Assembly: GCA_028278645.1 (NCBI GenBank)
Contig: JANQDZ010000034.1
Location: 198,261 to 262,260 of the forward strand
Length of the DNA stretch: 64,000 bases
Reading direction: 5' to 3'
Source of the DNA: Longimicrobiales bacterium
Lineage (GTDB): Bacteria > Gemmatimonadota > Gemmatimonadetes > Longimicrobiales > Gaopeijiaceae
Shown piece by piece: positions 37,861 through 47,509 of this stretch (position 1 is the first letter of the stretch; each line of letters opens with the position of its first letter). Made by a program: the position numbers and the translations under genes. The notes beneath the pieces are model-generated. The model had not been told where the DNA came from. It made no database searches and saw only the letters and a list, made by a program, of their open reading frames with translations.

Positions 37861-37938
37861 TTGGGCCTCCGTATGTGGTTACATCCGAGCTTCGGAACTT
37901 CCGCCGCCCCAACCCGTCCGGGCACGGCTTCTATTTCA

Positions 37939-38679
37939 TTACGAACCGAGCAGTAGATCTTCATCAATGGGGGCCACTCTCGCGACCCCTTTTTCCATTT
38001 CGACGACAAACACAGACTTCCAGGTTGATGGGTCCCCTTCCGCGGAGGGGTGTGGGAGAGCCCTGAGTTCCACCCGCCTTCCGCCCCGTTCCACCACCAC
38101 ACGCCCAGGGGTCTCAGGTCGGATCGGCAAAGTGACGCGACCCTGGATGCCGGCGTACGATGCCTCGGCCTGAACCATCCCCGATTCTGAGCGCTTTACG
38201 TATCCGAACGCCGCGTTGATGAGAGCACCCGAGGTGACGCCGGAAAAAATGGCGAATCCTGCAGTGACGAGGGGGCTTCCGCTCCAGACGTAAGTCAGGA
38301 GAGTACCGACCGAGCCAAACCCGAAGAGAGAGTAGAAGAGGGTCCTGATGGAGAAGACCTTGGCCGCCAAGCTCCCGGCGTCCGCGTCCAGCTCGGCGTG
38401 GGCCGCGTCCACGTCCAGGTGGCCGGCATCCAGTTCCAGTCCACCAGCATCCAGGTCCAGCCCCCCAGCGTCCAGATCCAACCCTCCGGCGTCCAGCTCT
38501 AAGCCACCGGCGTCGAAATCGATCCCACCGGCATCCAGCTCCAGATCCCCGTCAAATCCGCCGAGGTCACCTCCTACGTCCATATCCACATCGCCATGAC
38601 CGCCCAGGAGATCCCCCAGGACCGACATGGCCAAAAACCCACCGCCCAGGATCAAGGAAAAGACATAAAGGGCAACCAT
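37939..38679 (-). CDS. NfeD/YqiJ-like membrane protein (flotillin partner) with an internal acidic repeat
   Basis: N-terminal TM segment, then a (LDAGGLE)n low-complexity repeat, then a hydrophobic region and a C-terminal OB-like domain (GRVTLPIRPETPGRVVVERGGRRVEL...VVE). It lies directly upstream of the flotillin gene. Confidence 0.6.
   Translation of the reverse strand: MVALYVFSLILGGGFLAMSVLGDLLGGHGDVDMDVGGDLGGFDGDLELDAGGIDFDAGGLELDAGGLDLDAGGLDLDAGGLELDAGHLDVDAAHAELDADAGSLAAKVFSIRTLFYSLFGFGSVGTLLTYVWSGSPLVTAGFAIFSGVTSGALINAAFGYVKRSESGMVQAEASYAGIQGRVTLPIRPETPGRVVVERGGRRVELRALPHPSAEGDPSTWKSVFVVEMEKGVARVAPIDEDLLLGS
38395..38545. repeat. Imperfect in-frame 21-bp tandem repeat (about seven copies) encoding LDAGGL(E/D)
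   Basis: Read from the sequence and the translation. It lies inside the NfeD-like CDS. Confidence 0.65.
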
Positions 38680-38840
38680 CCAGCCTCCTCACAAATTGGC
38701 GCTAGGAAACCTCGACATCTGCGATGTGGTTGGTCCTCAACTCATCCAGAATACGGCAACGGCTTTGGGGAGCTTCAGTAGAAGATCGCCCCAAAATGGC
38801 TGTGGCGACAGAGAGAACTGGGTACAGGGGGGTGAAGTAC

Positions 38841-38874
38841 AAAAACCGCGGAGACCCTGGATCGGGCCCCGCGG
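38841..38874 (-). terminator. Intrinsic terminator after the small Cys-rich gene
   Basis: On the minus strand, ccgcggggcccgatccagggtctccgcgg forms 6+3-bp GC stems and is followed by ttttt. Confidence 0.55.
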
Positions 38875-38917
38875 CTTACGAACTACCAGCCGGAAGACGG
38901 TCCTCGAAAAAACCGAG

Positions 38918-39154
38918 TCAGATCTTCGAGGAATCCCGCTGAGCAGCCTGCTGCTTGATCTTGTACTTCAGGATTGCGATCTGCGTCCTACCCGTGACCG
39001 TGTGGGGGGCAACCCGCCCGCACATGCCGATCCCCTCCTCGGGCACGCAAAGACCATGGCACCAGAGCGAATGACTCTTGGTGAGGGGACAGCCCAAAAC
39101 GGTGTACTCAGGGACACCTCTTTTTTCCCGCTTCACCACGCGGCGCTTTGCCAT
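38918..39154 (-). CDS. Small basic Cys-rich protein (78 aa, four Cys: C-x9-C-x3-C-x8-C), function unknown
   Basis: MAKRRVVKREKRGVPEYTVLGCPLTKSHSLWCHGLCVPEEGIGMCGRVAPH... It has its own AT-rich upstream region and its own terminator, so it looks monocistronic. Confidence 0.5.
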   Translation of the reverse strand: MAKRRVVKREKRGVPEYTVLGCPLTKSHSLWCHGLCVPEEGIGMCGRVAPHTVTGRTQIAILKYKIKQQAAQRDSSKI

Positions 39155-39159
39155 CTATC

Positions 39160-39240
39160 GGATCTCTTTTCTCTTAACCGAACTAAGTAATCAAGAATTA
39201 TTCTTGTTATGAATAATACCAAAAATCAAAGGAAAGTTCA
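39160..39240 (-). promoter_or_regulatory. AT-rich island (~30% GC) carrying a perfect 7-1-7 inverted repeat, caagaat-t-attcttg (39192-39206); candidate promoter and operator for the small Cys-rich gene
   Basis: Both features are read directly from the sequence. This is the only strongly AT-rich intergenic stretch in the window. TTGATT-like hexamers sit next to the palindrome. Confidence 0.5.
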
Positions 39241-39267
39241 TGCCCCGTTGGCGGTGTCCGTCGAGCT

Positions 39268-40479
39268 TCAGCTGCGGCCCGGCCCGTAATGTTTCGGTGC
39301 ATACTCGGCCATGATTCCCATGGGAGGCCGTCCGGCCCTCAACGCGTCGGCCATATAGTTCATCGCACCGGATGTGTGGTTGAAGAACGCCTTATAACCC
39401 TCGCAGAGCCAGTTCAATCCCTTCTCCCCCTCAGGCGTCTCGAGGATCCGATTCTTGGGGCACCCTCCGTTGCACAGAAACTTCACGTCACAAGACCGGC
39501 AGTATCCGGGAAGTGATTCCTTCTTTGCCACCCCGAACGCCTGCTGGGCCTCTGAAGTCACGAGAACAGGGAGAGGTTCTCGCCTGACATTCCCCACGAA
39601 ATGGTTGGGCTCGACGTAGTGGTCGCAAGCATAGAGGTCCCCATTGTGCTCCAAAGCGAGGGCCCTGCCGCAGGTCTCGTCAAAGATGCATAATCCCATC
39701 GGGCGACCTACCCAGCCGGCCAGCGTCACATCGAAGAGCTGCACGAAGACCCTTCCCACGTCGTTACAAACCCATTCGTCGAAGATCGCATTCAGGAACC
39801 GTCCGTACCCAGAGCCGGTGACGGACCGTTCGGTCACCTGAGTCCCCTCCTGGTATCCGGTCCGGTTGTCCCTTTGAACGATGGGAATAAACTGAATGAA
39901 CGACGTCTCTACCTCGTCACGGAAAAACCGGTACACGGGTAACGGGTGCTCGACGTTCGCAGCGTGAACCGTAGCCAGAATGTTGTATTCGACGCGGTGA
40001 TCCTTCAGGAGATCCAGACCTTTCATCACAGCAGCGTGGCTAGGCTTTCCCCCTTTATCCACCCGGTAGACATCGTGGAGGTCGGCCGGCCCATCCAAGC
40101 TGATCCCCACCAGGAAAGCATTCTCACGGAAGAAATGGCACCACTCCTCGGTGATGAAGGTCCCATTCGTTTGCAGGGTGTTGGAGATTCGTGTCCCAGG
40201 CCGGGCGTAGGCTTGCTGGAACTCCACGGCTTTTTGGAAAAAGTCCAACCCCATCAGAAGGGGCTCCCCACCCTGCCATGAGAAGACCACCTCCGGTACC
40301 TGCTGGGCGCGTATGTAATCCCTGGTGAAGTTCTTCAGGATCTCCTCCGACATCCGGAAGGCGGATCCCGGATAGAGGTCCTCCTTGGACAAGTAGTAGC
40401 AGTACGAGCAGTCCAGGTTGCAGATCGGGCCCCTTGGCTTGATCATGACGTGAAAAGGTGGGACCGGGGAAAGGCTCAT
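39268..40479 (-). CDS. Anaerobic sulfatase-maturating enzyme (radical SAM/SPASM, anSME/AslB-like)
   Basis: CNLDCSYC radical-SAM motif. FSWQGGEPLL, LQTNGTFI and LVGISLDGP follow. C-terminal SPASM cysteines are present (CRSCDVKFLCNGGCPKNR). Confidence 0.85.
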   Translation of the reverse strand: MSLSPVPPFHVMIKPRGPICNLDCSYCYYLSKEDLYPGSAFRMSEEILKNFTRDYIRAQQVPEVVFSWQGGEPLLMGLDFFQKAVEFQQAYARPGTRISNTLQTNGTFITEEWCHFFRENAFLVGISLDGPADLHDVYRVDKGGKPSHAAVMKGLDLLKDHRVEYNILATVHAANVEHPLPVYRFFRDEVETSFIQFIPIVQRDNRTGYQEGTQVTERSVTGSGYGRFLNAIFDEWVCNDVGRVFVQLFDVTLAGWVGRPMGLCIFDETCGRALALEHNGDLYACDHYVEPNHFVGNVRREPLPVLVTSEAQQAFGVAKKESLPGYCRSCDVKFLCNGGCPKNRILETPEGEKGLNWLCEGYKAFFNHTSGAMNYMADALRAGRPPMGIMAEYAPKHYGPGRS

Positions 40480-40591
40480 TAAAAAGGGTTACTCCTCTCG
40501 GGTGGGGGTGGCCGGAACGATCAACATCGCCCCGGCCACGGGAATATGCGAGATCGACGTCAGCTGTTCCGAGTAGAAAGGGGGTTTTCCC

Positions 40592-42088
40592 ATGCACCGT
40601 CCTTTGATCTTGGCCACCCTCCTGGCACTGGTGTTCGCTTGTGGTCCCCAGCCGGAACCTGAGTCGGAAGACACACAGGTCTACACGGCCGATCCCCATT
40701 CCCGCCCCAACATCATCGTCATCGTTGTGGACGATCTCCGATGGGACGAACTTGCCATTGCCGGGCACCCTTTCCTGGAAACGCCGAACATCGACGCCCT
40801 CGCCGAAGAGGGTGCGTTCTTCAGCAACGCTTTTCATTCGGTCCCCCTCTGCTCTCCCAACCGGGCCAGCATCCTTACGGGGCAGTACCCTTCCCGCCAC
40901 GGAATCATCGACAATGTCGCTCGAAACCGGATGAGCCACCGGCTCAACACCTTCCCCCAAGCTCTCCAAGCAGACGGGTACGAGACGGCCTACTTCGGCA
41001 AATGGCACATGGGGAACGATCCGACCCCCAGGCCCGGATTCGACCGGTGGGTCGCCATCCCGGGCCAGGGACGGACCATGAACCCCGAGCTGTTCGAGGA
41101 CGGCCGAATCCACGAGGTGGAGGGCTACATCACAGACGTCCTCACCGACAGGGCCGTGGATTTTATCTTGGCCGACCGGGAAAGGCCTTTCTTCTTCTAC
41201 ATCGGGCACAAGGCGATCCACCCTGATGCGGTCCAACTCGACGACGGCTCGGTGGACCTCTCCGTCCCCAGGGGATACGTACCGGCTCCCCGACACCGGG
41301 GGCAGTACGAAGAGATGGAGTTCTCACGAAGGCCCAACGCCATCACCACCCTCGGAGACCTGGAGGGTAAGCCAGCCATCCAACAGGCCTTGGCAGCCAA
41401 GTACTCAGCAGAGATCGTCGATGAGTTCGGGGAAGAAGAGCTGGACCCGGGGAGCAGCAATGAGACCATCAGGAGAAGGGCGGAAATGCTTCTGGCGGTG
41501 GACGACGGGCTGGGAAGGATCGTGGAGACGTTGGACCAGGAGGGGATCCTCGACGAAACGCTGATCCTCTTCACCAGCGACAACGGGTTCTTCTACGGGG
41601 AGCATGGGCTCTCTTTGGAAAGAAGGATGCCCTATGAGGAGTCGATCCGGGCCCCACTCATCGTCCGGTATCCTCCTGCGGCTACCCCCGGGACCATCGT
41701 GGAAGACCTGGTGGCCTCGGTTGACATCGCGCCGACGGTGCTGGAGATGGCGGGGACACCCATCGGGGACCACATACAGGGGCAGTCTTTTGTCGAATCA
41801 CTCCGGGGCGCCGCCACCCACCCCAGGTCTTCGATCTTCGTGGAGTTTTTCACCTACGAAAACCCCTTCCCCTGGCTCGTAAACATGGATTATCGAGCGA
41901 TCCGGACCGATCGGTACAAGTACATCCATTGGATGCAGTTCCCAGAGTGGGGGGAGCTCTACGATCTGACGGAAGATCCGTACGAACTCCGGAATCTGGT
42001 GGATGATCCCACCATGGCACCGGTGCTTGAACAGCTGAGGGAGGAACTCAGGGCGTCAGCTCTCCACGCGATGGGGCTGGGTCGTTAG
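40592..42088 (+). CDS. Cys-type sulfatase (arylsulfatase family), secreted lipoprotein-like
   Basis: Signal peptide with LVFAC. The formylglycine motif LCSPNRASILTG (C-x-P-x-R) is present, along with GKWH and other sulfatase motifs. Confidence 0.85.
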   Translation: MHRPLILATLLALVFACGPQPEPESEDTQVYTADPHSRPNIIVIVVDDLRWDELAIAGHPFLETPNIDALAEEGAFFSNAFHSVPLCSPNRASILTGQYPSRHGIIDNVARNRMSHRLNTFPQALQADGYETAYFGKWHMGNDPTPRPGFDRWVAIPGQGRTMNPELFEDGRIHEVEGYITDVLTDRAVDFILADRERPFFFYIGHKAIHPDAVQLDDGSVDLSVPRGYVPAPRHRGQYEEMEFSRRPNAITTLGDLEGKPAIQQALAAKYSAEIVDEFGEEELDPGSSNETIRRRAEMLLAVDDGLGRIVETLDQEGILDETLILFTSDNGFFYGEHGLSLERRMPYEESIRAPLIVRYPPAATPGTIVEDLVASVDIAPTVLEMAGTPIGDHIQGQSFVESLRGAATHPRSSIFVEFFTYENPFPWLVNMDYRAIRTDRYKYIHWMQFPEWGELYDLTEDPYELRNLVDDPTMAPVLEQLREELRASALHAMGLGR

Positions 42089-42108
42089 GCGAACCGGAAG
42101 CAGCCCGA

Positions 42109-42939
42109 TCAGCCCGGGTCCCCGACCCCCTTCCAGGCTCGGGCATAAAGGTCGGGGTAGGTTTTGAGGTAACCTGGATAATCCTCTCGCGCCTCTTCTA
42201 GGACCTTCCGGCTCAGCACAACAACGCTGATCCGGTCGGTGGTTTCCAGAAGGACCTCAGAGGTGGGGCTGATGGCGATGGACGGGCCACCGATCAATCC
42301 ATTCGGCGTCGGGGCCGGACGGTTCGAAGACACGACGTAACACCCGCTGGTAACCGCGTTCGCCCTCAAAACCAGCTTCCATCTCTCATACGTCTGTGGG
42401 GGGGTGCAGCGGGGCACCAAAACCACCTCCGCACCCATGGCCCCCAATAGTTGGAACCCTGTAGTCCGGTTCACATCCGAACAGACTTGAAAGCCAACTT
42501 TCAACGGAAGGCCGGAGACCACCGTCGGCGGCTCCTCTCCGGGCTCGTAATGGCTGGTCTCCCAAAAACCCTCCTCGGAGGGAAGGTGAACCTTCTTGTA
42601 CCTCGCGAGACACGATCCGGACTGGTCGTATAGAAGGGCGGTGTTGTGCCTCACACCGGTATCCGGGTCCCGAATGATGGCTCCTCCCAAGACCGCCACC
42701 CCCGTATCGGCTGCAGCCGCGGACAACACCTTTTGGCGAGGGCCATCCACCGGCTCTGCGTCCTCGTCCCGCGAGGCCTTCGATGCCGGGGACCATGGAT
42801 TCAGGGGGATCTCAGGGAGGACCGCCAGCTCCGCTCCCATGGCCTTCGCTTCTATCAGGGCGTCCGGGAGGCGATCCCAGGCGGCCTTGTCGGGGAACAC
42901 CTCTGTAATGATGGCGAGTGCCAGAGTTTCTTGGGCCAT
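42109..42939 (-). CDS. Carbon-nitrogen hydrolase (nitrilase superfamily)
   Basis: The Glu-Lys-Cys triad is present in context: LPE, YKKVHLP and GFQVCSD. Confidence 0.85.
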   Translation of the reverse strand: MAQETLALAIITEVFPDKAAWDRLPDALIEAKAMGAELAVLPEIPLNPWSPASKASRDEDAEPVDGPRQKVLSAAAADTGVAVLGGAIIRDPDTGVRHNTALLYDQSGSCLARYKKVHLPSEEGFWETSHYEPGEEPPTVVSGLPLKVGFQVCSDVNRTTGFQLLGAMGAEVVLVPRCTPPQTYERWKLVLRANAVTSGCYVVSSNRPAPTPNGLIGGPSIAISPTSEVLLETTDRISVVVLSRKVLEEAREDYPGYLKTYPDLYARAWKGVGDPG

Positions 42940-42978
42940 GGGTGCTTTTGCGTTTGGATTTTGGGGGGCAGGCGCGGG

Positions 42979-43851
42979 TCAACCCCGCCGGGACTTGGGC
43001 TTTGAGCGCTTCTTTGCGCCGAGGGCCAAGCCAACTCGGCGTCCCATCTGGTACCCTTCGTCGTAGCCGACGGCATACTCGAACGACACCTGGTCCGGAT
43101 CCTGGTCCTCCTCCATGGGCGGGTCCGGATCGGTGGGGCCCTCCTGGGGAGCCGCCTCATCAGCAGTTGCTTCAGCAGCCTCTTCGGCTGGTCCCTCCCC
43201 CTGTTCCGTCAATCCACCTAGGATCCGTGCCAAGCCCAGGAGGGTTTGCACCGCTTCCTCCCTGGTGGGGGCGTCGACGTTCCCTGACTCTACGGAGTCA
43301 CGCCACGATGACAGAGGGATCGAACGAAGTGCCTTGGCCGCAACATTCAGAGTTGCCGCGGCGCCAGGCATGAACGGCGCTTCCGGCGGGCTGACCGTCT
43401 CCTCGGTCACCTCCGCCACAGGAGCGGGGTCAGGGACCGCCGGAGAGAGCTCGGCTATCGAAGGAGCCGGGGCCACTCCGTCTACCTCGGTGTCGACCCA
43501 GAGGGAGGTAAGGTATCTCCGGATCCACTCCCAGGTCTCGTGGGATCGACGCCAGAGTTCCTGGTTCCCGTTAGCAACCTGGGCAAACTCGGCGCACCGA
43601 TCGGCGGCATGCTCCACATGGCGGAGGGCCCGCTCGACCTGAGATTCTGGTCCAACCCCTTCAGGGATCTCGTCCGTGGCCGGGAGGAGGAGACTGAGTC
43701 GCTTTCCCAAGGCGTCGAACGGTCCCCATGGCATCTGGGCGAGATCCATCTCCAGCCCGACCCGTGAGTTCGGTCCGTCCCAGGAGCGCACGATGACTGG
43801 CACCCGCCGTACGAGGGTCCCGTCGTCTTTGGTCGACTCTTCGCTCATTTC
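42979..43851 (-). CDS. Acidic hypothetical protein
   Basis: ORF starting at MSEESTKDDG, with a Pro/Glu/Ala-rich C-terminal half. No recognisable motif. Confidence 0.4.
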   Translation of the reverse strand, partial: EMSEESTKDDGTLVRRVPVIVRSWDGPNSRVGLEMDLAQMPWGPFDALGKRLSLLLPATDEIPEGVGPESQVERALRHVEHAADRCAEFAQVANGNQELWRRSHETWEWIRRYLTSLWVDTEVDGVAPAPSIAELSPAVPDPAPVAEVTEETVSPPEAPFMPGAAATLNVAAKALRSIPLSSWRDSVESGNVDAPTREEAVQTLLGLARILGGLTEQGEGPAEEAAEATADEAAPQEGPTDPDPPMEEDQDPDQVSFEYAVGYDEGYQMGRRVGLALGAKKRSKPKSRRG

Positions 43852-44039
43852 CACCTTGGGCGCAGGTGCCGGAAGCCCTGCATCTTGACGTGACACCTCG
43901 ACCCTGCGCAAGCCGAGAACGGCCAGCACGGGGTCGATTCCACCGAGGAGACTCTATGATTGAAATATAATGGATGGGCGGGGAGGGAGGGAAACAAATG
44001 TTGGGACGATTTGATTCCCGGCCCGGACCAGCAGACCCC

Positions 44040-44750
44040 TCAGGGATTTAGACGATACCCGGCTTTCCTCACCGTAAGGATGTACCGGGGATTGGCCGGA
44101 TCCTCCTCGAGCTTCCTCCGAAGTTCGGACAGATGGACGTCCACCGTCCGAGTGTTGATATCGGCATTGCCGTACCCCCAGACCTCCTTCAACAGCTCCT
44201 GGCGGCTGATTACCGCTCCCCTCCGTTCGAGAAGAGCAACGAGGAGATCGAACTCCTTCGGAGTGAGCTCAACCGGGTCGCCCCCTCGGGTGACCGTTCG
44301 TGTGGACGGAGAGACGTCCACCTCCCCGAAAGTCATGACCGCGTCCACACTCCCATCCCCCCCTGCCCCATCTCCCCCAACACCCGTCTGGACTCGCCGC
44401 AGGAGAGCCCTCACGCGAGCCAACAGCTCAGCAGTGGAAAAGGGCTTGGTGACGTAGTCGTCGGCTCCGAAGTCGAAGCCCAGGACCACGTCGGATTCCT
44501 GACTCCGGGCGGTGAGGATCAGGACGGGGAACTTGTGCCCGGTAGTTCTTAACTCCCGAAGAACATCGAACCCGCTTTTCTTCGGAAGCATGATATCCAG
44601 GATCAGGAGGTCCGGTGTGTTCTCCTTCGCCGATGCCAGTCCGGTCTCACCCTTGTTGGCCACCTCGACTTCGTATCCCTCGAATTCCAGGACCTTCCGA
44701 AGGCCGAAGGCCAGGTCCTCGTTGTCCTCAACGACCAGGATTCGGGACAT
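44040..44750 (-). CDS. OmpR-family response regulator (receiver plus winged helix)
   Basis: MSRILVVEDNEDL...LLILDIMLP...LTAR...YVTKPF, with a C-terminal ...RTVDVHLSELRRKLE...ILTVRKAGYRL. Confidence 0.9.
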   Translation of the reverse strand: MSRILVVEDNEDLAFGLRKVLEFEGYEVEVANKGETGLASAKENTPDLLILDIMLPKKSGFDVLRELRTTGHKFPVLILTARSQESDVVLGFDFGADDYVTKPFSTAELLARVRALLRRVQTGVGGDGAGGDGSVDAVMTFGEVDVSPSTRTVTRGGDPVELTPKEFDLLVALLERRGAVISRQELLKEVWGYGNADINTRTVDVHLSELRRKLEEDPANPRYILTVRKAGYRLNP

Positions 44751-44753
44751 GGG

Positions 44754-46457
44754 TCAGCTCCTTACCTCATTTCCACCTTCCGGCGGGTTTAGTGCAACAG
44801 CCCCAGTCACGAGCTCTTCAGGTTTGGGTAGGCGGATCACGAACCTGGCGCTACCGTCAGGGCCTTCCTCCACCCAGGCCGCGCCACCCGAGGCCTCGGC
44901 AAGCTCCGCCACCACCGACAGGCCGATTCCGCTTCCCCGTACCTGCCCCTCCAAATCCCGCTCCAGCCGGTGGTAGGGGTCCCAGATTCGAGACCGTTCT
45001 CCCACGGGAATCCCTGGGCCCTGGTCCTCCACCGAGATCCGGATCCACCCTTCCCTCTCCACCGCCACCAGTCGGATGCGCTGCCCCTCCGGCCCGTACT
45101 TCAGGGCATTGTCCAGTAGGTTCGCCAGCATGCGATGGAGGCCGCTACGGCTGGCCGAAGCTTCGAGGTCCGGCGGGTTCACCGTGATCTCGAGCTCACA
45201 GCCCTTCGACTGGACCAAAGGATCAAAAGCCTCCGCCAAGTCGCCTATGGCCTCTTCCACCAGGATCCGCTCGCTTGCATTCTGAGATCTAGGGGCCCGC
45301 CCCATCCTCGAGAAATGGAGAATATTCTCCACGAGATGGGTCAAACGACGTGCTTCCCGGTTGATGACCTCAGTGGACCTCAGCCTTTCCTCATCGGTCC
45401 TGAGCTTTCCATCGGCCAGGAGCTCGGTGAACATCCGAATGTGAGTGAGAGGCGTCCGGAACTCGTGGGAAACCCCCGAAATGAAATCGTCCCGGACCTG
45501 CGCCAATTCCTCCTCTTTCCGGATCTGGATGAAAGTGGCGATCCCAATTCCCACCGTCATCACCATCAGCGCCAGGAGCAGGGGCAAACGAGCCCTCGGG
45601 AGGCCACCGATCACCAGGGCGGCCGCGGCGTCGGGCCGAATGCCCACCTCGATTACGATGCCGCCGAACTCCTCCGAGAGAGTATCGGAGACCACGACCA
45701 CGTCCGGGGTCGGCCGTGGGGAGGAGAAGATGGGGTCCCCGTCCCAGGTCCTGACCACCAAGTGAAGGATCGAATCATTGGGCTGGCCACCCACGATGGC
45801 TTCCGGGAGGAGGGCCCCCCGCCGGTACCAGGAATCAAACAGTTCGGCTGTGGCTTCCAAGCCGGCTTGAAGAACATAGATGGCCCGGCCGACGCCCTCC
45901 GTTCCCGTGCGGTCCAGGGATGCATTGAAGAAGAGGACCGACGGCTCCCTCAAGCCCTGGGAGTCGCCCACGGTCCGGAGTGCGATCCGGACAGCCGGGG
46001 AAGCTTCCCACGCGGTACGAACGAACCCGGCGGCTCGGCTCTTTTCGCCGTAGGCGACGGAGTCCGGCTCGCTTCGAACCTGGCCGGTATAGAAGTCCTG
46101 CATGATCGAGGCTGCCGAAGCCCGGAATCGGCTACACTCACAGTTCACCTGTCGTAGGGCACGATCGATGTTCCGGCTTACTGCCTCCGGCCCAGGGGGG
46201 GGGCGATTGACGATTTGCCTGGGCACATCGCCGAAAACCACCCGGAAGAACCGGTCGAGGTCCCCCTGCACCCGTCTGGAGTACTCCGATACGGCAATGT
46301 CGGCATAGTCGCGTAGAACCCCTTCAGCGGTCTGGCGGTGGGACCTGGCCGCACCCACCGCCTGGAACCCGAGCCATAGAGAAAGGCCGAGGGTGACCAG
46401 GAGGAAGAACAGAAGTAGCGGCATCCGCCGCCTACCGCGGGGAGAGGTCTTCGTCAT
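44754..46457 (-). CDS. Sensor histidine kinase (two TM segments, periplasmic sensor, HisKA plus HATPase_c)
   Basis: H-box FISGVSHEFRTPLT. N, G1 and G2 boxes follow (...LDNALKY..., GSGIGLSVV). It lies 3 nt upstream of the response-regulator gene. Confidence 0.85.
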   Translation of the reverse strand: MTKTSPRGRRRMPLLLFFLLVTLGLSLWLGFQAVGAARSHRQTAEGVLRDYADIAVSEYSRRVQGDLDRFFRVVFGDVPRQIVNRPPPGPEAVSRNIDRALRQVNCECSRFRASAASIMQDFYTGQVRSEPDSVAYGEKSRAAGFVRTAWEASPAVRIALRTVGDSQGLREPSVLFFNASLDRTGTEGVGRAIYVLQAGLEATAELFDSWYRRGALLPEAIVGGQPNDSILHLVVRTWDGDPIFSSPRPTPDVVVVSDTLSEEFGGIVIEVGIRPDAAAALVIGGLPRARLPLLLALMVMTVGIGIATFIQIRKEEELAQVRDDFISGVSHEFRTPLTHIRMFTELLADGKLRTDEERLRSTEVINREARRLTHLVENILHFSRMGRAPRSQNASERILVEEAIGDLAEAFDPLVQSKGCELEITVNPPDLEASASRSGLHRMLANLLDNALKYGPEGQRIRLVAVEREGWIRISVEDQGPGIPVGERSRIWDPYHRLERDLEGQVRGSGIGLSVVAELAEASGGAAWVEEGPDGSARFVIRLPKPEELVTGAVALNPPEGGNEVRS

Positions 46458-46854
46458 GTGATCCGTTGGAGAAAACCTGGGTTCGCCGTCGCGAAAAGGT
46501 GTGTTCTTCCACACCGAATCAAAGCTAGGGAAACATCCGACGTGCCAGCAACAAAAAGAGGCCTGAAGCAGGTTCGTGTCTCGTAAGAAAGGCGTAAGTC
46601 AAAAACCGCTCACGGACCGGTTTATGCCCATCGAAGAAGCTGGTATTCCCAGGGGGCGGGCTGCATCTTCTTACTGAGACCCCGATGCGGCTTCGGGTGC
46701 TCATCCACCACCTCAGAAAAAACGAGAGTCGGCGACCCAGCGTCCATCTGCGAAAATGCAGGCGGCGGTAATGCAGCTTCCCCCCGCGGCCGGGGAAGCC
46801 CACGGGTCGGCGGCGTCACCTGTCCACATAATTCTCTGAGGGAAGGAGTCCACC

Positions 46855-47316
46855 GTGCATACGACACTCACCTCCCAGGAAGTATTCGGCTTCCTCCTCC
46901 CTGACCAGGTCAACTCCATTTCGGACGCATCGGAGAAGATCTCCGCGAAGGCTGGGGACCTCATCTATGAAAAGGGGGACGCAGCAAATGACTTCTTCAT
47001 CGTCCTGGACGGGGAGGTCACCCTCAAATTACCTGGAGCATCGGGCGTAAACATCGTCATCGACCAACTCCGGAGGGGAGCCATCTTCGGCGGGCCTCTG
47101 GGCTATGGACGGAATTCATACGCACTGAACGCGTACTGCTCGGGGGAGGCAAGACTGCTGCGGGTGAAGAGCTCAGCCCTGAAATCCCTCATGGATCGGG
47201 ATCCGAGGCTAGGGTACACCCTCCAGGGTTACATCTCCACGTCCTATTTCAATCGGTACATCGACACGATGAAGAAGCTCCAATCCATCGTGATGAACCT
47301 CCCGGTTGAAGCCTGA
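46855..47316 (+). CDS. Cyclic-nucleotide-binding domain protein (no DNA-binding domain)
   Basis: GTG start preceded by GGAAGGAG. GDLIYEKGDAANDFFIVLDGEVTL...RGAIFGG matches the cNMP-binding fold. Confidence 0.65.
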   Translation: MHTTLTSQEVFGFLLPDQVNSISDASEKISAKAGDLIYEKGDAANDFFIVLDGEVTLKLPGASGVNIVIDQLRRGAIFGGPLGYGRNSYALNAYCSGEARLLRVKSSALKSLMDRDPRLGYTLQGYISTSYFNRYIDTMKKLQSIVMNLPVEA

Positions 47317-47509
47317 CAGGATGCCGAGGACACCCGTCTCGGGAGTATCAGGGAGAAGTGAACTAGAGGCCGCTCATGGAACGGGGGCCAGGTAGGAGCT
47401 ATTCTGACCGCCAGCGCTGAAACCCCGTGGTGGGAAAAGTGCGTATTGATGGGCAGACAACTGCGCACGAGCCATCACCGCATTCCCGGGAAGCCGTGGG
47501 AGGAAAAGG

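Noticed and set aside
40124-41296. 390-aa minus-strand ORF
   Set aside because: It is antisense to the sulfatase gene and has no motifs.
45135-46157. 340-aa plus-strand ORF
   Set aside because: It is antisense to the histidine kinase gene.
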